From the IMG/VR virus record IMGVR_UViG_3300000839_000006: DNA of 64,000 nucleotides. One strand, written 5' to 3'. Positions 29,878 through 39,141 of the stretch are shown here, in pieces. Each line of letters starts with the position of its first letter. Position 1 is the first letter of the stretch. A program made the position numbers and the translations under genes. The stretch is from a virus. The notes under the pieces are model-generated. The model was not told where the DNA came from. It did not search any database and saw only the letters and a program-made list of their open reading frames with translations.

Positions 29878-32800
29878 ATGGCTGGTGGCACATTTGGGTG
29901 GGGAACTGCACCCTCAGGACTCCCGAAACCGATGGGTATGGATGCTCTTATCAAGGCTACTGAGCCTTCTAAGAAAGAGCAGCGTGAACTTGCGCAGGAA
30001 CAGGCTACTACGCAAGCGAGGGCTATTGAGCAACAGGTACAGACAGACTTTAATGCCAATGAAAATTTTACGCAGTTGGCGTGGAGTGACCAGTTAAAGT
30101 ATATTGATGCGTGGGACAAAGAGTTTGGAGAGACTTGGCGTAAAGAAAATTTCGGTGATAACTGGGACTCTACAGATGCTAAGATTGCGCAACAGACTGC
30201 TCTAGCTCCATTGCGCAAGACCGCTAAAGATGGTGTAACACGTACTGCACAGACGTGGACTAATCTTGGAGATGATATAAAGCATGGTGTGCAGGATTTA
30301 TGGGCCTTGGCTCCTGCCACAACTGCTCGTGTTGCTACTGGTGCAACTCGTGAACATACACCAGAAGAAGATGCCGAGATGATTCGGCTGTATATAGCAC
30401 AAGATGATATTCAGAATAGCAGAGAATTATCAGAATATAGACAGCAACTACGAAAACGAATGGACCATCTCATACGGCAAGGTGGTGACCCTGACAATCC
30501 TAACTGGGAATTTGTTACGGCTGCGCTGCGTGATGGTGACTACGGCGATATTTTATCACTGGCTGCTAGTACTGCTGCCAGTAGTATTTCAACATCTATA
30601 CCTATACTTCTTGGACAGTTAGCTGGTAGAGGTATTGGTATGCTTGCAGGACCTGCTGGTGCTGCTGTGGGTGAATTTCTTGCAGAAGGTTTCAGTGCTG
30701 CCGCTGCCGCTGGTACATCAGGGCTTGATGCATCTGAGGTGTTTAATACTGTACGTAGGATGAAACCGGAAGTATTGCGTGAATCGCAAGCATATAAAGA
30801 TGCAAAGGCATCTGGAAGATTCGCTTCAGAGGAAGATATAATTAACTATGTTGCACTTAAAGGTGCAGATGCTGCGATGCCGGAACTTATGCTGGCAAAC
30901 GCTGCCGGGTCTTTCATAAGCCCCGCTGCTATGGCTGGTAAGACTGGTGCAGCCCGTTTACTTCCTGGTGGTATAGTCGGACGTACATTACAGGGTATCG
31001 GTCTTGGTACGGCTGAAGAAGCTTTACAGGAATCGTGGGTCACTAACGCTTCCAACAGAGCAATGATGCGGACAGTTCCAGAGTCTGGTATTACTCCGTA
31101 TGATGGTATGAAAGATTCCGCTTTACTTGGCGCACTCGGTGGTGGTCCAACTATTGGTGGTGCGGCTTTCGGGCGTGCCGCTGTTGATATGATGCGGGGT
31201 AGCAGTACAAATGTAGACCCGAATCTGCCGACTACTACAAATCCAAGTGACCCGAATCCTAACACGGCTGTTGTTGGTGGTGTGAATGTATATCAACAAA
31301 CACAAGCACCTGAAGCTGTACAACTTAATCAAACACAGATAGCTGAACGTAATGCACAGATTCAAGCTGGTCGCACAGCTATGAATGCTGCAACAACAAA
31401 AGCACAGGCACTCATCCATGATGGTGTTGATAATGCTTCTGTTGTAATGGATGACATTATTAATGACCTGTCCACAGCACAGCGTTCTGGTGTAGATTCT
31501 AATACTATTGAGAGTATTGTAGCTTCTGTAGATAATTCATCCAATGGAAAAGGTTTCGCTGCTCGATGGGCTACGGAGCTTTCAAACATTCAGCAGGCGG
31601 CACAGACTGCGCCTGCTACGAGTGTGGAACAGGCGACTGCAACACTTAATTCCATGACTGCCGATACCACTGGAGTTGATATTGACTTCACAAATGTGCA
31701 GGCTGCAATTGATATACTACAAGAAGATGGGCAGCTAACTCCTGAACAAGTAGACCAGTGGCGTGGCTACGCGCAGCAACGGCAGGCAGGTAGCACGTTA
31801 TATAATATACAGACTAATGGTGATTTCACAGATTCGGCTCAACGTACAGCATTTTATGACGCACTTAAAGTACTTGCGGAGGGTACCACTGCCCGTAATG
31901 TTGGGGGTTTCCTACAATCACAGCTTGATACGGTTTCTCAGGCATCCGGTGTTGATGCTGTTGCTGAATATCAGGCGCGGAGAAGGCAAACTCCGCAACC
32001 GATTCAAGTGGCTTCGCAGGCTGCACCCCCTTCCATTGTTCCCCGTCATAATGACGTACCTGTTCGTGGCTCTCAGGCGGCTCCTGCTGCATCTGAAGCA
32101 GCTCCGGCACCTTCGGGTCAGACAGCCCCTCAAACTGCCGCTGTACCGCCTCGTACAGTTGAGGCTCCAACTCGTGGTCTGCCCCGTGAGCGTGGTCATC
32201 TGGCGAGTGAGCGTGGGCGGGATGCTACAGTGGCTCGACTTCGGCAAGAGCTTACTCAGAGGAACGGTCCTATAAACCCTGCCACTGAAGCTATAACCGA
32301 GGCTACAACTGATGCAGCCGTACAGCAGTTCTTGCACCAGCAACTGTTGGCAAATGGTAGAACAGTAGAGTCCGCTGAGATAGAGTCCACAATCCTCACA
32401 CGGATGATGAATACACTCCGTAGCATTTCCGGTTTGACACATGCACAACAGCTTCGCCGCCTCACATTCGGTGTAGGTAAGAACCCTGTAGAAATAATGA
32501 ACAGCCTGTTTCAACTTGTATTCCACGGAAGCTCTAATCCACAAGCATTTACTGAAATAGACATGGATAGAATGTCTATGATGAATGATAGATGGGGGTT
32601 GTATGTAACATTCAGCAGATATCTTGCCGATAGCTATGCAGGAGTGAATGGACATTTATATGGAATAGAAGTTTCAGATACTGGTTATGCTGATTGGGGA
32701 TTACGTCTTGATAGACAACCTCCTGATGTACAGGAAAAATTACGTACAGTTGGTATGAATAATACACAAACTTTTTTACAATTTTATATACAATTACGTA

Positions 32801-35800
32801 AGCAGTTAGGAACCGCAAGAGCCGCTTCAGAACATTTGGCGCAAGCTGGTTTGAATGGTATTCGTTATTACTCTGGTTTACATACGGATTCGGCTGGTAA
32901 ATTTGTACAAGACCTTATTATTTTCAATAAGGATGCAATACTTTCATTGGATGTATTGCGTCAGGATAGTCGTGGACAAATAGACTTCCTCAGTGATGGT
33001 ACCGCACGTATAATATTTAGTGAAAATGCAGACGCATCTACTGCTATACATGAGTTTCAGCACTTTTACATGCAAGAGGCGTTCAACATTCTCTCCGATG
33101 AGTCCATACCTGACTCAGCTTACAAACGGAGACTTGCGGAGGACATGCGTGTTCTTGGTAAGTTTGCTGGTGTGGAAGGTGATGCTACACTACGGGATGC
33201 GTGGAGTACTGAACAGCATGAGACTATTGCGAAGGCTTTTGAGAAGTACATCCGTACTGGTAAGGCTCCTAATAACAGTCTCAAGTATGTGTTCGACAAG
33301 TTGAAGAAGTTGTTGACGGATGTATATGCCAAAGCAAAATACATAATGAAAGGCGACATCCCTGCTGATGTACGCAAAGTATTCGATAACCAACTTACGG
33401 GGTATACCAATGAGCAAGTTCGACAGATTGAGCAAGGAAGAACAGATAGCGTTGGTGAAGCAGGGAATCCAACTGATAGCCAATCAGAGGCCGATACCGG
33501 ACCAGTTGGCGATACAGTTCTCGCCCCGGATAATGCGCCGACTACTGGAACTGGTGGAACAGCTACACGCACAGGGACTGGTGGGGCCGCATACGCGGGC
33601 ACCGGAACGCCTCAAGCGAATATACAGCCTAGTCAACCGATACGCACCACCGGACAGAGAGCCGACAGCGGACGAAGTGGTGAGGTCATTAACGCCGCAG
33701 GCCCGGAATCAGATACTCAGCAACGAAGCAGTACTGGCTCGACAGAGCAACGCACAGGCGATGACGGACGCATCTCGGACACTGGCGTCCCTGAGGTAGA
33801 TTGGAATCCTGAACAAATTGCTGCTGAACGAGAAACACAGCTTGAGATAATTCGGGATAACTTGAGAGCCGATAATCCAGACCTGACGCCTGCACAGATT
33901 GAGAACATGGCGCAGGCTCAGTTATTCATGGAGCAGCAGGCTGATATAATATCTCCTGAAGAAGCTGTTGAGGTTGTGGAAGAGGCGCGTACAGCCAGAG
34001 AGCTTTCTGAAGAAGACCGTATGCAACGTGAAGTTGATAACAGGTCACTAGCCCGTATGCTGGCTGAACCGGGTGCAATACTACACCCGATTAATCAGAT
34101 GCAGGTTACTGAGCAAGAGCTTGACATTCTCATGCGTGGTACGCTTACACCAGATGCGGAAGTTGCAGGTAAGGCGAACAATATGAACAGGGACCAACCT
34201 GAATCCACCTCCGCACCACAACGTACTGCTGCCGAACCTGAGATAGAACTTACAGATGAAGAGAATGAGGTGGAGTCTCTTAGTGTTGCAGATACGGTAC
34301 GAAATATTATATCATCCATAGCTACACCAGACCCAATTGTTATAACTCAACGTGATGGTACGCATACATTGGATGCCAATCCACCTGTGGATAGTCAGAC
34401 AAACACAGCAGTTTCTGATATTATTATGACACAGGACAGAGAGATTACTGAATCACAAGAAACTGGAAGGCTTAGAAACCGTGCATTACGCGCACTGTGG
34501 AACAGTGGATTGCTTGGTTCTCCGCAGGCTGCTAGTCGTACACGTAATATTATGGCTACACTTGACACATGGTTAGCTGACGCAGACGGTAAGCTGCGTA
34601 TGATGTTGCATGAGATGGCTCCTGCTAATAAGGGTGGTACTGATACTAACCCGGCAGTACAGGCTCTCATTACTCATAAACCGAAAGTAGGTGCTATTCT
34701 ACAGCTACTCATGGACCAGTTTATAACACCTGTTAGTGTAGAGCTTAAACGTGTTTCACAATCTACAGGTGTTTCGATTATTGAAGTAATGCGTGACTTG
34801 GGAGAAGCTACACGCGATTACGCTATAATTGAACGTGAACCGCAGTTCCGTGCCAGACTTTCAGCAGAACTGGATGCGGCACAGGCTGAATTACTGCGTA
34901 ATCCAACACCTGCAAATCAGGCCAGAGCGCAAGAGTTGCAGATACAGTTCGACCACTATGTGTCGTGGCAGGAAAATCCTGACATGGCTACACGTATCCC
35001 CGGACAGCCTGAACCTGACCAGTTCCATGTCAAGGTCGGTAACAAGACCTTGGATGTGAGATATGCTGGCGGCATGACACGTTGGCAGGCAGAGAATCAC
35101 TACATTTCTATGGTAGAGAAATATGGTTTGGAAACTGTTGAACGTATAACTGACATGCAACGCACTTCTATTCGTGGTATAGCCCGCACATTACAACAAA
35201 ATGGATGCATTGATGATGCTACAGCAGAATCTTGGCGTAACCAATTCTTTTACGCACCACTTATGGTAGAGAATCCTAGTGGTGACGGAGCGGTGAATGA
35301 CATATCCATGTTCTCACCAAAAATGAATTACCGCCTGCGGGGTTCACAAACTCCTGCAATGGATTCATGGTCTGCTATGAACATGTTTGCGCAACGTGCT
35401 GCTAAATCCATAGCCATGCAAGAACTTGGTGTGCATCTGAATGAAGTTTACAAACGTGTCGGTGAAAATAACCGTTGGGGATTTATTCGTGAAGATGCTG
35501 ACCAAATATACGCACAAAAAGAAGCAGCTCAAGGTAGTGACGTTGATGCACTCAATGCGCAATTAGAGCGTATGGATGCAATCATTCGTGTTATGGAAGA
35601 CCAGACTGCTGAAGATGGTACAGTTACGCAGGTTATGAAAACTTATGGACTCCGGTTTGACCAAGAGAAAAACCCCGGTATGCATGTGTCATTTCGTAGG
35701 GCATTGGAGACAGACCCAACAATAGTTTCTAAAGCTGCACGTGCTATGGAGACAGCCACGAAGGGTTACGGAATGATGATGACATTCTTCCGTCCATTCT

Positions 35801-37593
35801 TCACAGCTACTAACGCTTATATAGATGCAAATGAACGTCTGCTCAATATGCAAGCTAGAACATGGGTTAGTGCTGATGGGCAGAGTGTATCTGGTACAGA
35901 AGTATCTGCTACATACTCCATGATGATAATGAACTCCGATTTTATATCAGCACATCTTAGAGATGAGCTTGGTAAAGGTCCTGCTATTGGACATGAAACC
36001 ACGTGGATGGAGCAGATACGCAATGAGTTTAAATATAGTGGCGTGATGAATAGCACGTTCAGAACCATGTTGGAGTTCCCTGCAAACAAATCCGTAGCAG
36101 AAGTTAATGACCTGCTAAAACAGCTTGACCCCAGTATGCCTAAAAAAATTGGCAGGACGGCTTATAAGGCATTAATGGCCTATTCCGACCTGATGTATAA
36201 CGCGCCGATTTTCGCCCAGTACGCGGCTCTCAGGAAGCACGGGCTATCCTCTCAGGCGGCGGCTGCGGCAACGCTTGACATGATGGACATGCGCCGGGTA
36301 GGAACAGCTACGCAGCACTTGAAAAAGTTCTTCCCGTTTGTTCCAAGTGTGACTCAAGGTGCCAAGCAACTGTTCCGTACTGCTGGTATTCATGGTGCTA
36401 TGGTTAATGGTAATGCAGATATGAAACGCGCAGCCTTGCGTGGTTGGGTAACAATGTCAGCAGTGTCCATGTCCTTATATGGGTTGTCCAGTATGCTGTC
36501 TGCAAGTGCAGGTGAGGATGATGCAGGATATAACTACTTTGATATGATTCCTATTGGTAAACTTATGCAGGGTATACCGATATTCACTGATGACAAAGGT
36601 AGTTACTACATGATTAATGGTGGCTTCGGTCCATTCCAGATTGCGTCAGCCATTGGTTACGGGATGTATCGTTATGAAAAAGGATTGATGGATGAATATG
36701 AATTTGGTAGTACCATAATAAATGCGTTCACAAAGAATATTGTGCCGGGTAGTCAACCGGAGTTTGCTATGAAAGAAGCTCCGTTGGCTTACATGGTGCA
36801 AACATTGTCACCCGCATTACTTAAACCAACTCTGGAAGTTATTACTGGTAGAAACTACTTAGGTGCTAACATTACACAGGAGCAGTATCTTAACCCAACA
36901 CAACGTAGTTCAGATGTTAATCAGCTTGGTACTGCTGATTTCTGGAAAGACCTTACAAAGTTTATGTATGATACCACTGGATGGGATACTGCACCTGAGA
37001 ATGTACGTCACTGGGTGAACGGGATGTCCGCTGGTGTATTACAAATCATTCCATACTTCGCTGAAAAAGCTACTGGGCATAGACCTATACCGGGGTATGA
37101 AACAGTGCGTGACCAACTTGGTATATGGGGAATACTTGGACTTTCAAAAGTGTACACACCCGGAACAGATAAAACATCGCAAGCTTATTATAGCATGAAA
37201 GAACAAATGGAAGCGCAAGTTAAAGATGCTGGAATTGATGCAGTATTGAAAGCACATGGAAGTAACAACCGAGAGTATGTCCGTGCATATAAGACACGTA
37301 TATTTGAACAGGCTGGCTTCTCACCTGAGTGGATTCATGACTGGTGGCTCAAAGAGGAAGCTGATAAGGATTTAACCGGGGCTGCTACTCCGTACAAGGA
37401 TAAGCTTGAAGCTATGCGTAAAGCTGGTATTGAAGACCCCACATTATTCGATGACCAGTTGCTTCAGTGGCGGCAAGCTACAGATGCAACTCGTACAAAC
37501 GCAGTACGCCGTTCATTCTACTGGACGAATCCACGCTCTCGCCAGTATGGTGTGCCAAATAGGGATACCGCAAATATGTTGCGGAACCGATAA
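29878..37593 (+). CDS. giant polyvalent ejection protein (ART-like domain, HExxH domain, C-terminal LPD38-like region)
   Basis: 2571 aa. VFHGS...WGLYVT...ADSY; STAIHEFQH; YFDMIP..K...IPIF near the C-terminus. Confidence 0.7.
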   Translation: MAGGTFGWGTAPSGLPKPMGMDALIKATEPSKKEQRELAQEQATTQARAIEQQVQTDFNANENFTQLAWSDQLKYIDAWDKEFGETWRKENFGDNWDSTDAKIAQQTALAPLRKTAKDGVTRTAQTWTNLGDDIKHGVQDLWALAPATTARVATGATREHTPEEDAEMIRLYIAQDDIQNSRELSEYRQQLRKRMDHLIRQGGDPDNPNWEFVTAALRDGDYGDILSLAASTAASSISTSIPILLGQLAGRGIGMLAGPAGAAVGEFLAEGFSAAAAAGTSGLDASEVFNTVRRMKPEVLRESQAYKDAKASGRFASEEDIINYVALKGADAAMPELMLANAAGSFISPAAMAGKTGAARLLPGGIVGRTLQGIGLGTAEEALQESWVTNASNRAMMRTVPESGITPYDGMKDSALLGALGGGPTIGGAAFGRAAVDMMRGSSTNVDPNLPTTTNPSDPNPNTAVVGGVNVYQQTQAPEAVQLNQTQIAERNAQIQAGRTAMNAATTKAQALIHDGVDNASVVMDDIINDLSTAQRSGVDSNTIESIVASVDNSSNGKGFAARWATELSNIQQAAQTAPATSVEQATATLNSMTADTTGVDIDFTNVQAAIDILQEDGQLTPEQVDQWRGYAQQRQAGSTLYNIQTNGDFTDSAQRTAFYDALKVLAEGTTARNVGGFLQSQLDTVSQASGVDAVAEYQARRRQTPQPIQVASQAAPPSIVPRHNDVPVRGSQAAPAASEAAPAPSGQTAPQTAAVPPRTVEAPTRGLPRERGHLASERGRDATVARLRQELTQRNGPINPATEAITEATTDAAVQQFLHQQLLANGRTVESAEIESTILTRMMNTLRSISGLTHAQQLRRLTFGVGKNPVEIMNSLFQLVFHGSSNPQAFTEIDMDRMSMMNDRWGLYVTFSRYLADSYAGVNGHLYGIEVSDTGYADWGLRLDRQPPDVQEKLRTVGMNNTQTFLQFYIQLRKQLGTARAASEHLAQAGLNGIRYYSGLHTDSAGKFVQDLIIFNKDAILSLDVLRQDSRGQIDFLSDGTARIIFSENADASTAIHEFQHFYMQEAFNILSDESIPDSAYKRRLAEDMRVLGKFAGVEGDATLRDAWSTEQHETIAKAFEKYIRTGKAPNNSLKYVFDKLKKLLTDVYAKAKYIMKGDIPADVRKVFDNQLTGYTNEQVRQIEQGRTDSVGEAGNPTDSQSEADTGPVGDTVLAPDNAPTTGTGGTATRTGTGGAAYAGTGTPQANIQPSQPIRTTGQRADSGRSGEVINAAGPESDTQQRSSTGSTEQRTGDDGRISDTGVPEVDWNPEQIAAERETQLEIIRDNLRADNPDLTPAQIENMAQAQLFMEQQADIISPEEAVEVVEEARTARELSEEDRMQREVDNRSLARMLAEPGAILHPINQMQVTEQELDILMRGTLTPDAEVAGKANNMNRDQPESTSAPQRTAAEPEIELTDEENEVESLSVADTVRNIISSIATPDPIVITQRDGTHTLDANPPVDSQTNTAVSDIIMTQDREITESQETGRLRNRALRALWNSGLLGSPQAASRTRNIMATLDTWLADADGKLRMMLHEMAPANKGGTDTNPAVQALITHKPKVGAILQLLMDQFITPVSVELKRVSQSTGVSIIEVMRDLGEATRDYAIIEREPQFRARLSAELDAAQAELLRNPTPANQARAQELQIQFDHYVSWQENPDMATRIPGQPEPDQFHVKVGNKTLDVRYAGGMTRWQAENHYISMVEKYGLETVERITDMQRTSIRGIARTLQQNGCIDDATAESWRNQFFYAPLMVENPSGDGAVNDISMFSPKMNYRLRGSQTPAMDSWSAMNMFAQRAAKSIAMQELGVHLNEVYKRVGENNRWGFIREDADQIYAQKEAAQGSDVDALNAQLERMDAIIRVMEDQTAEDGTVTQVMKTYGLRFDQEKNPGMHVSFRRALETDPTIVSKAARAMETATKGYGMMMTFFRPFFTATNAYIDANERLLNMQARTWVSADGQSVSGTEVSATYSMMIMNSDFISAHLRDELGKGPAIGHETTWMEQIRNEFKYSGVMNSTFRTMLEFPANKSVAEVNDLLKQLDPSMPKKIGRTAYKALMAYSDLMYNAPIFAQYAALRKHGLSSQAAAAATLDMMDMRRVGTATQHLKKFFPFVPSVTQGAKQLFRTAGIHGAMVNGNADMKRAALRGWVTMSAVSMSLYGLSSMLSASAGEDDAGYNYFDMIPIGKLMQGIPIFTDDKGSYYMINGGFGPFQIASAIGYGMYRYEKGLMDEYEFGSTIINAFTKNIVPGSQPEFAMKEAPLAYMVQTLSPALLKPTLEVITGRNYLGANITQEQYLNPTQRSSDVNQLGTADFWKDLTKFMYDTTGWDTAPENVRHWVNGMSAGVLQIIPYFAEKATGHRPIPGYETVRDQLGIWGILGLSKVYTPGTDKTSQAYYSMKEQMEAQVKDAGIDAVLKAHGSNNREYVRAYKTRIFEQAGFSPEWIHDWWLKEEADKDLTGAATPYKDKLEAMRKAGIEDPTLFDDQLLQWRQATDATRTNAVRRSFYWTNPRSRQYGVPNRDTANMLRNR

Positions 37594-37629
37594 ACCTGAC
37601 AGTGCGGTGCCACCCACTGCACAGGACTG

Positions 37630-37666
37630 CGTGGGTGTACTGGTGTGGTCAGTACACCCACGTTTT
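37630..37666 (+). terminator. probable intrinsic terminator
   Basis: 13-bp stem CGTGGGTGTACTG/CAGTACACCCACG followed by TTTT. Confidence 0.5.
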
Positions 37667-37680
37667 ACAAAGGAGTACCA

Positions 37681-38136
37681 ATGGACCGTTCAAAAATTAT
37701 ACGTCTGTGTCATGGTCAGCCAGAGCTTGCTATCCGCATCGTACAGCCCGGTTGTAACGGCGCACAGATAATCGACTATAAGCACATCAGGCTTGTCATT
37801 GAAGCACCTGACTGTGGTTTCTTATTGAAGTCACCTGTGACACTCACAGGCTGCTGGCCCGGTCACCCGTGGGCACCCGGTACTTCTGGTGAGGTGCCGC
37901 ACCAGCTACCAGCACTCGTATACCCGGCTTTCGATACAGATGAAATGGGCCGCACTGTGTTTCGTTTCGATGACAAGCTCTGGCAGATGCCTCCCGGTAG
38001 ATACTTCGGTAATGTAGAATTTAACAACGGCACACATATCACCAGACTGGACTTGGATTTGTGCAACACGCCTTTCCTTGTTGATATGGCTGTACTTACA
38101 AATGAACCATGCACAAACAAAGGATGTTGCGAATGA
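37681..38136 (+). CDS. hypothetical structural protein
   Basis: AAGGAG RBS, ATG 37681. Confidence 0.6.
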   Translation: MDRSKIIRLCHGQPELAIRIVQPGCNGAQIIDYKHIRLVIEAPDCGFLLKSPVTLTGCWPGHPWAPGTSGEVPHQLPALVYPAFDTDEMGRTVFRFDDKLWQMPPGRYFGNVEFNNGTHITRLDLDLCNTPFLVDMAVLTNEPCTNKGCCE

Positions 38137-38720
38137 TTCTCACACCGTATAACGCATCGTTGAACAACATACTGGAAAAAGATGCCAACTTTCTGCCACT
38201 GTCCCGTGCAGATGAGACTCGATTGATGGAGCTTATCCCTGAAGATGACGGAATCTACCTGACTCTGAAAGATAATCTGTACACCGAGTATGTGTATGTG
38301 GAGAATCAGTGCGGCACTCTGGTTGTAACTCGTGGTGTGGATAGCGATGCCAAACGCTTTCCACGTGGCACCTGTGTATTTTTTGAAACCTCACTGCCTG
38401 TCATCAAATGGCTCATCTGCAACCACCAGTGTTGTGACGGCCCCTGTCCGTGTGAAGCTGTCACTGTTGCAGGTGTTGTATCACCTCCTGCGCTGGTTGG
38501 ACATTCATGGGACGGCTCGGCAATATTCAAAGGCGACACTCCTATGGTGTTCGGAGTAACTGGTATGCCAAGCTGGATGACAGCCGACTGGTCTGCCAAC
38601 CATGTTCATCTGACAGGTACTCCTACAGCACCCGGATTGTGGACAGTTTCTATAGCTGCTACAAATTGCAATGGCGATGGCGTAGCTGTTCAGACTCTCA
38701 CTGTTGCAGTCACGACATAA
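38133..38720 (+). CDS. structural protein with C-terminal Ig-like (putative Ig) domain
   Basis: FGVTGMPSWMT...HLTGTPTAPGLWTVSIAATN motif, ATGA coupling. Confidence 0.6.
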   Translation: MILTPYNASLNNILEKDANFLPLSRADETRLMELIPEDDGIYLTLKDNLYTEYVYVENQCGTLVVTRGVDSDAKRFPRGTCVFFETSLPVIKWLICNHQCCDGPCPCEAVTVAGVVSPPALVGHSWDGSAIFKGDTPMVFGVTGMPSWMTADWSANHVHLTGTPTAPGLWTVSIAATNCNGDGVAVQTLTVAVTT

Positions 38721-38754
38721 AAATTGGGGCGGTTATTGACACCGCCCCGTTTTT
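38721..38754. terminator. intrinsic terminator at the convergence of the two arms
   Basis: GGGGCGGT-N7-ACCGCCCC with TTTTT after and an A-run before. A second 10-bp-stem hairpin lies at 38806-38834. Confidence 0.7.
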
Positions 38755-38843
38755 GTGATTGGGTGCCTCCACGTCCTGTTGCAGACGTATTGGCCTCCGG
38801 GTAAGCCCCACTCTGTTTCGCTGGCAGAGTGGGGTGTTCCTTT

Positions 38844-39140
38844 TTATACATAAGCCACATAGTCTCCGTACTCATCCCGTAGCAGTGGTATAGGTATGGA
38901 TTTGTTTGTCGTATAATCAAACATAAATGATATATCTCCCAATCCAATGAACACATATGAGTCCATACGACCGTCTGCTACATCAGGTGTGATATGCACT
39001 ACCGTGCCAGTATCCAGTGTGGTAATCTCCGCGCTATATGGATGCAGAGCCTTTGGAACATACAACCTGCCCCGGCGGGTTATATGTGACATCATCTGAC
39101 TCGGACGGTGATGTGCTATTTCTTCAAAACTCTTAACCAT
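38844..39140 (-). CDS. hypothetical protein
   Basis: Start reassigned to MVKSF just after the primase stop. GGAGG RBS. Confidence 0.5.
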   Translation of the reverse strand: MVKSFEEIAHHRPSQMMSHITRRGRLYVPKALHPYSAEITTLDTGTVVHITPDVADGRMDSYVFIGLGDISFMFDYTTNKSIPIPLLRDEYGDYVAYV

Positions 39141-39141
39141 G

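Noticed and set aside
29878-37593. N4-like virion RNA polymerase
   Set aside because: No T7-type motif B (Rx3Kx7YG) or DxxGR motif was recognised. The visible motifs fit a polyvalent ejection protein.
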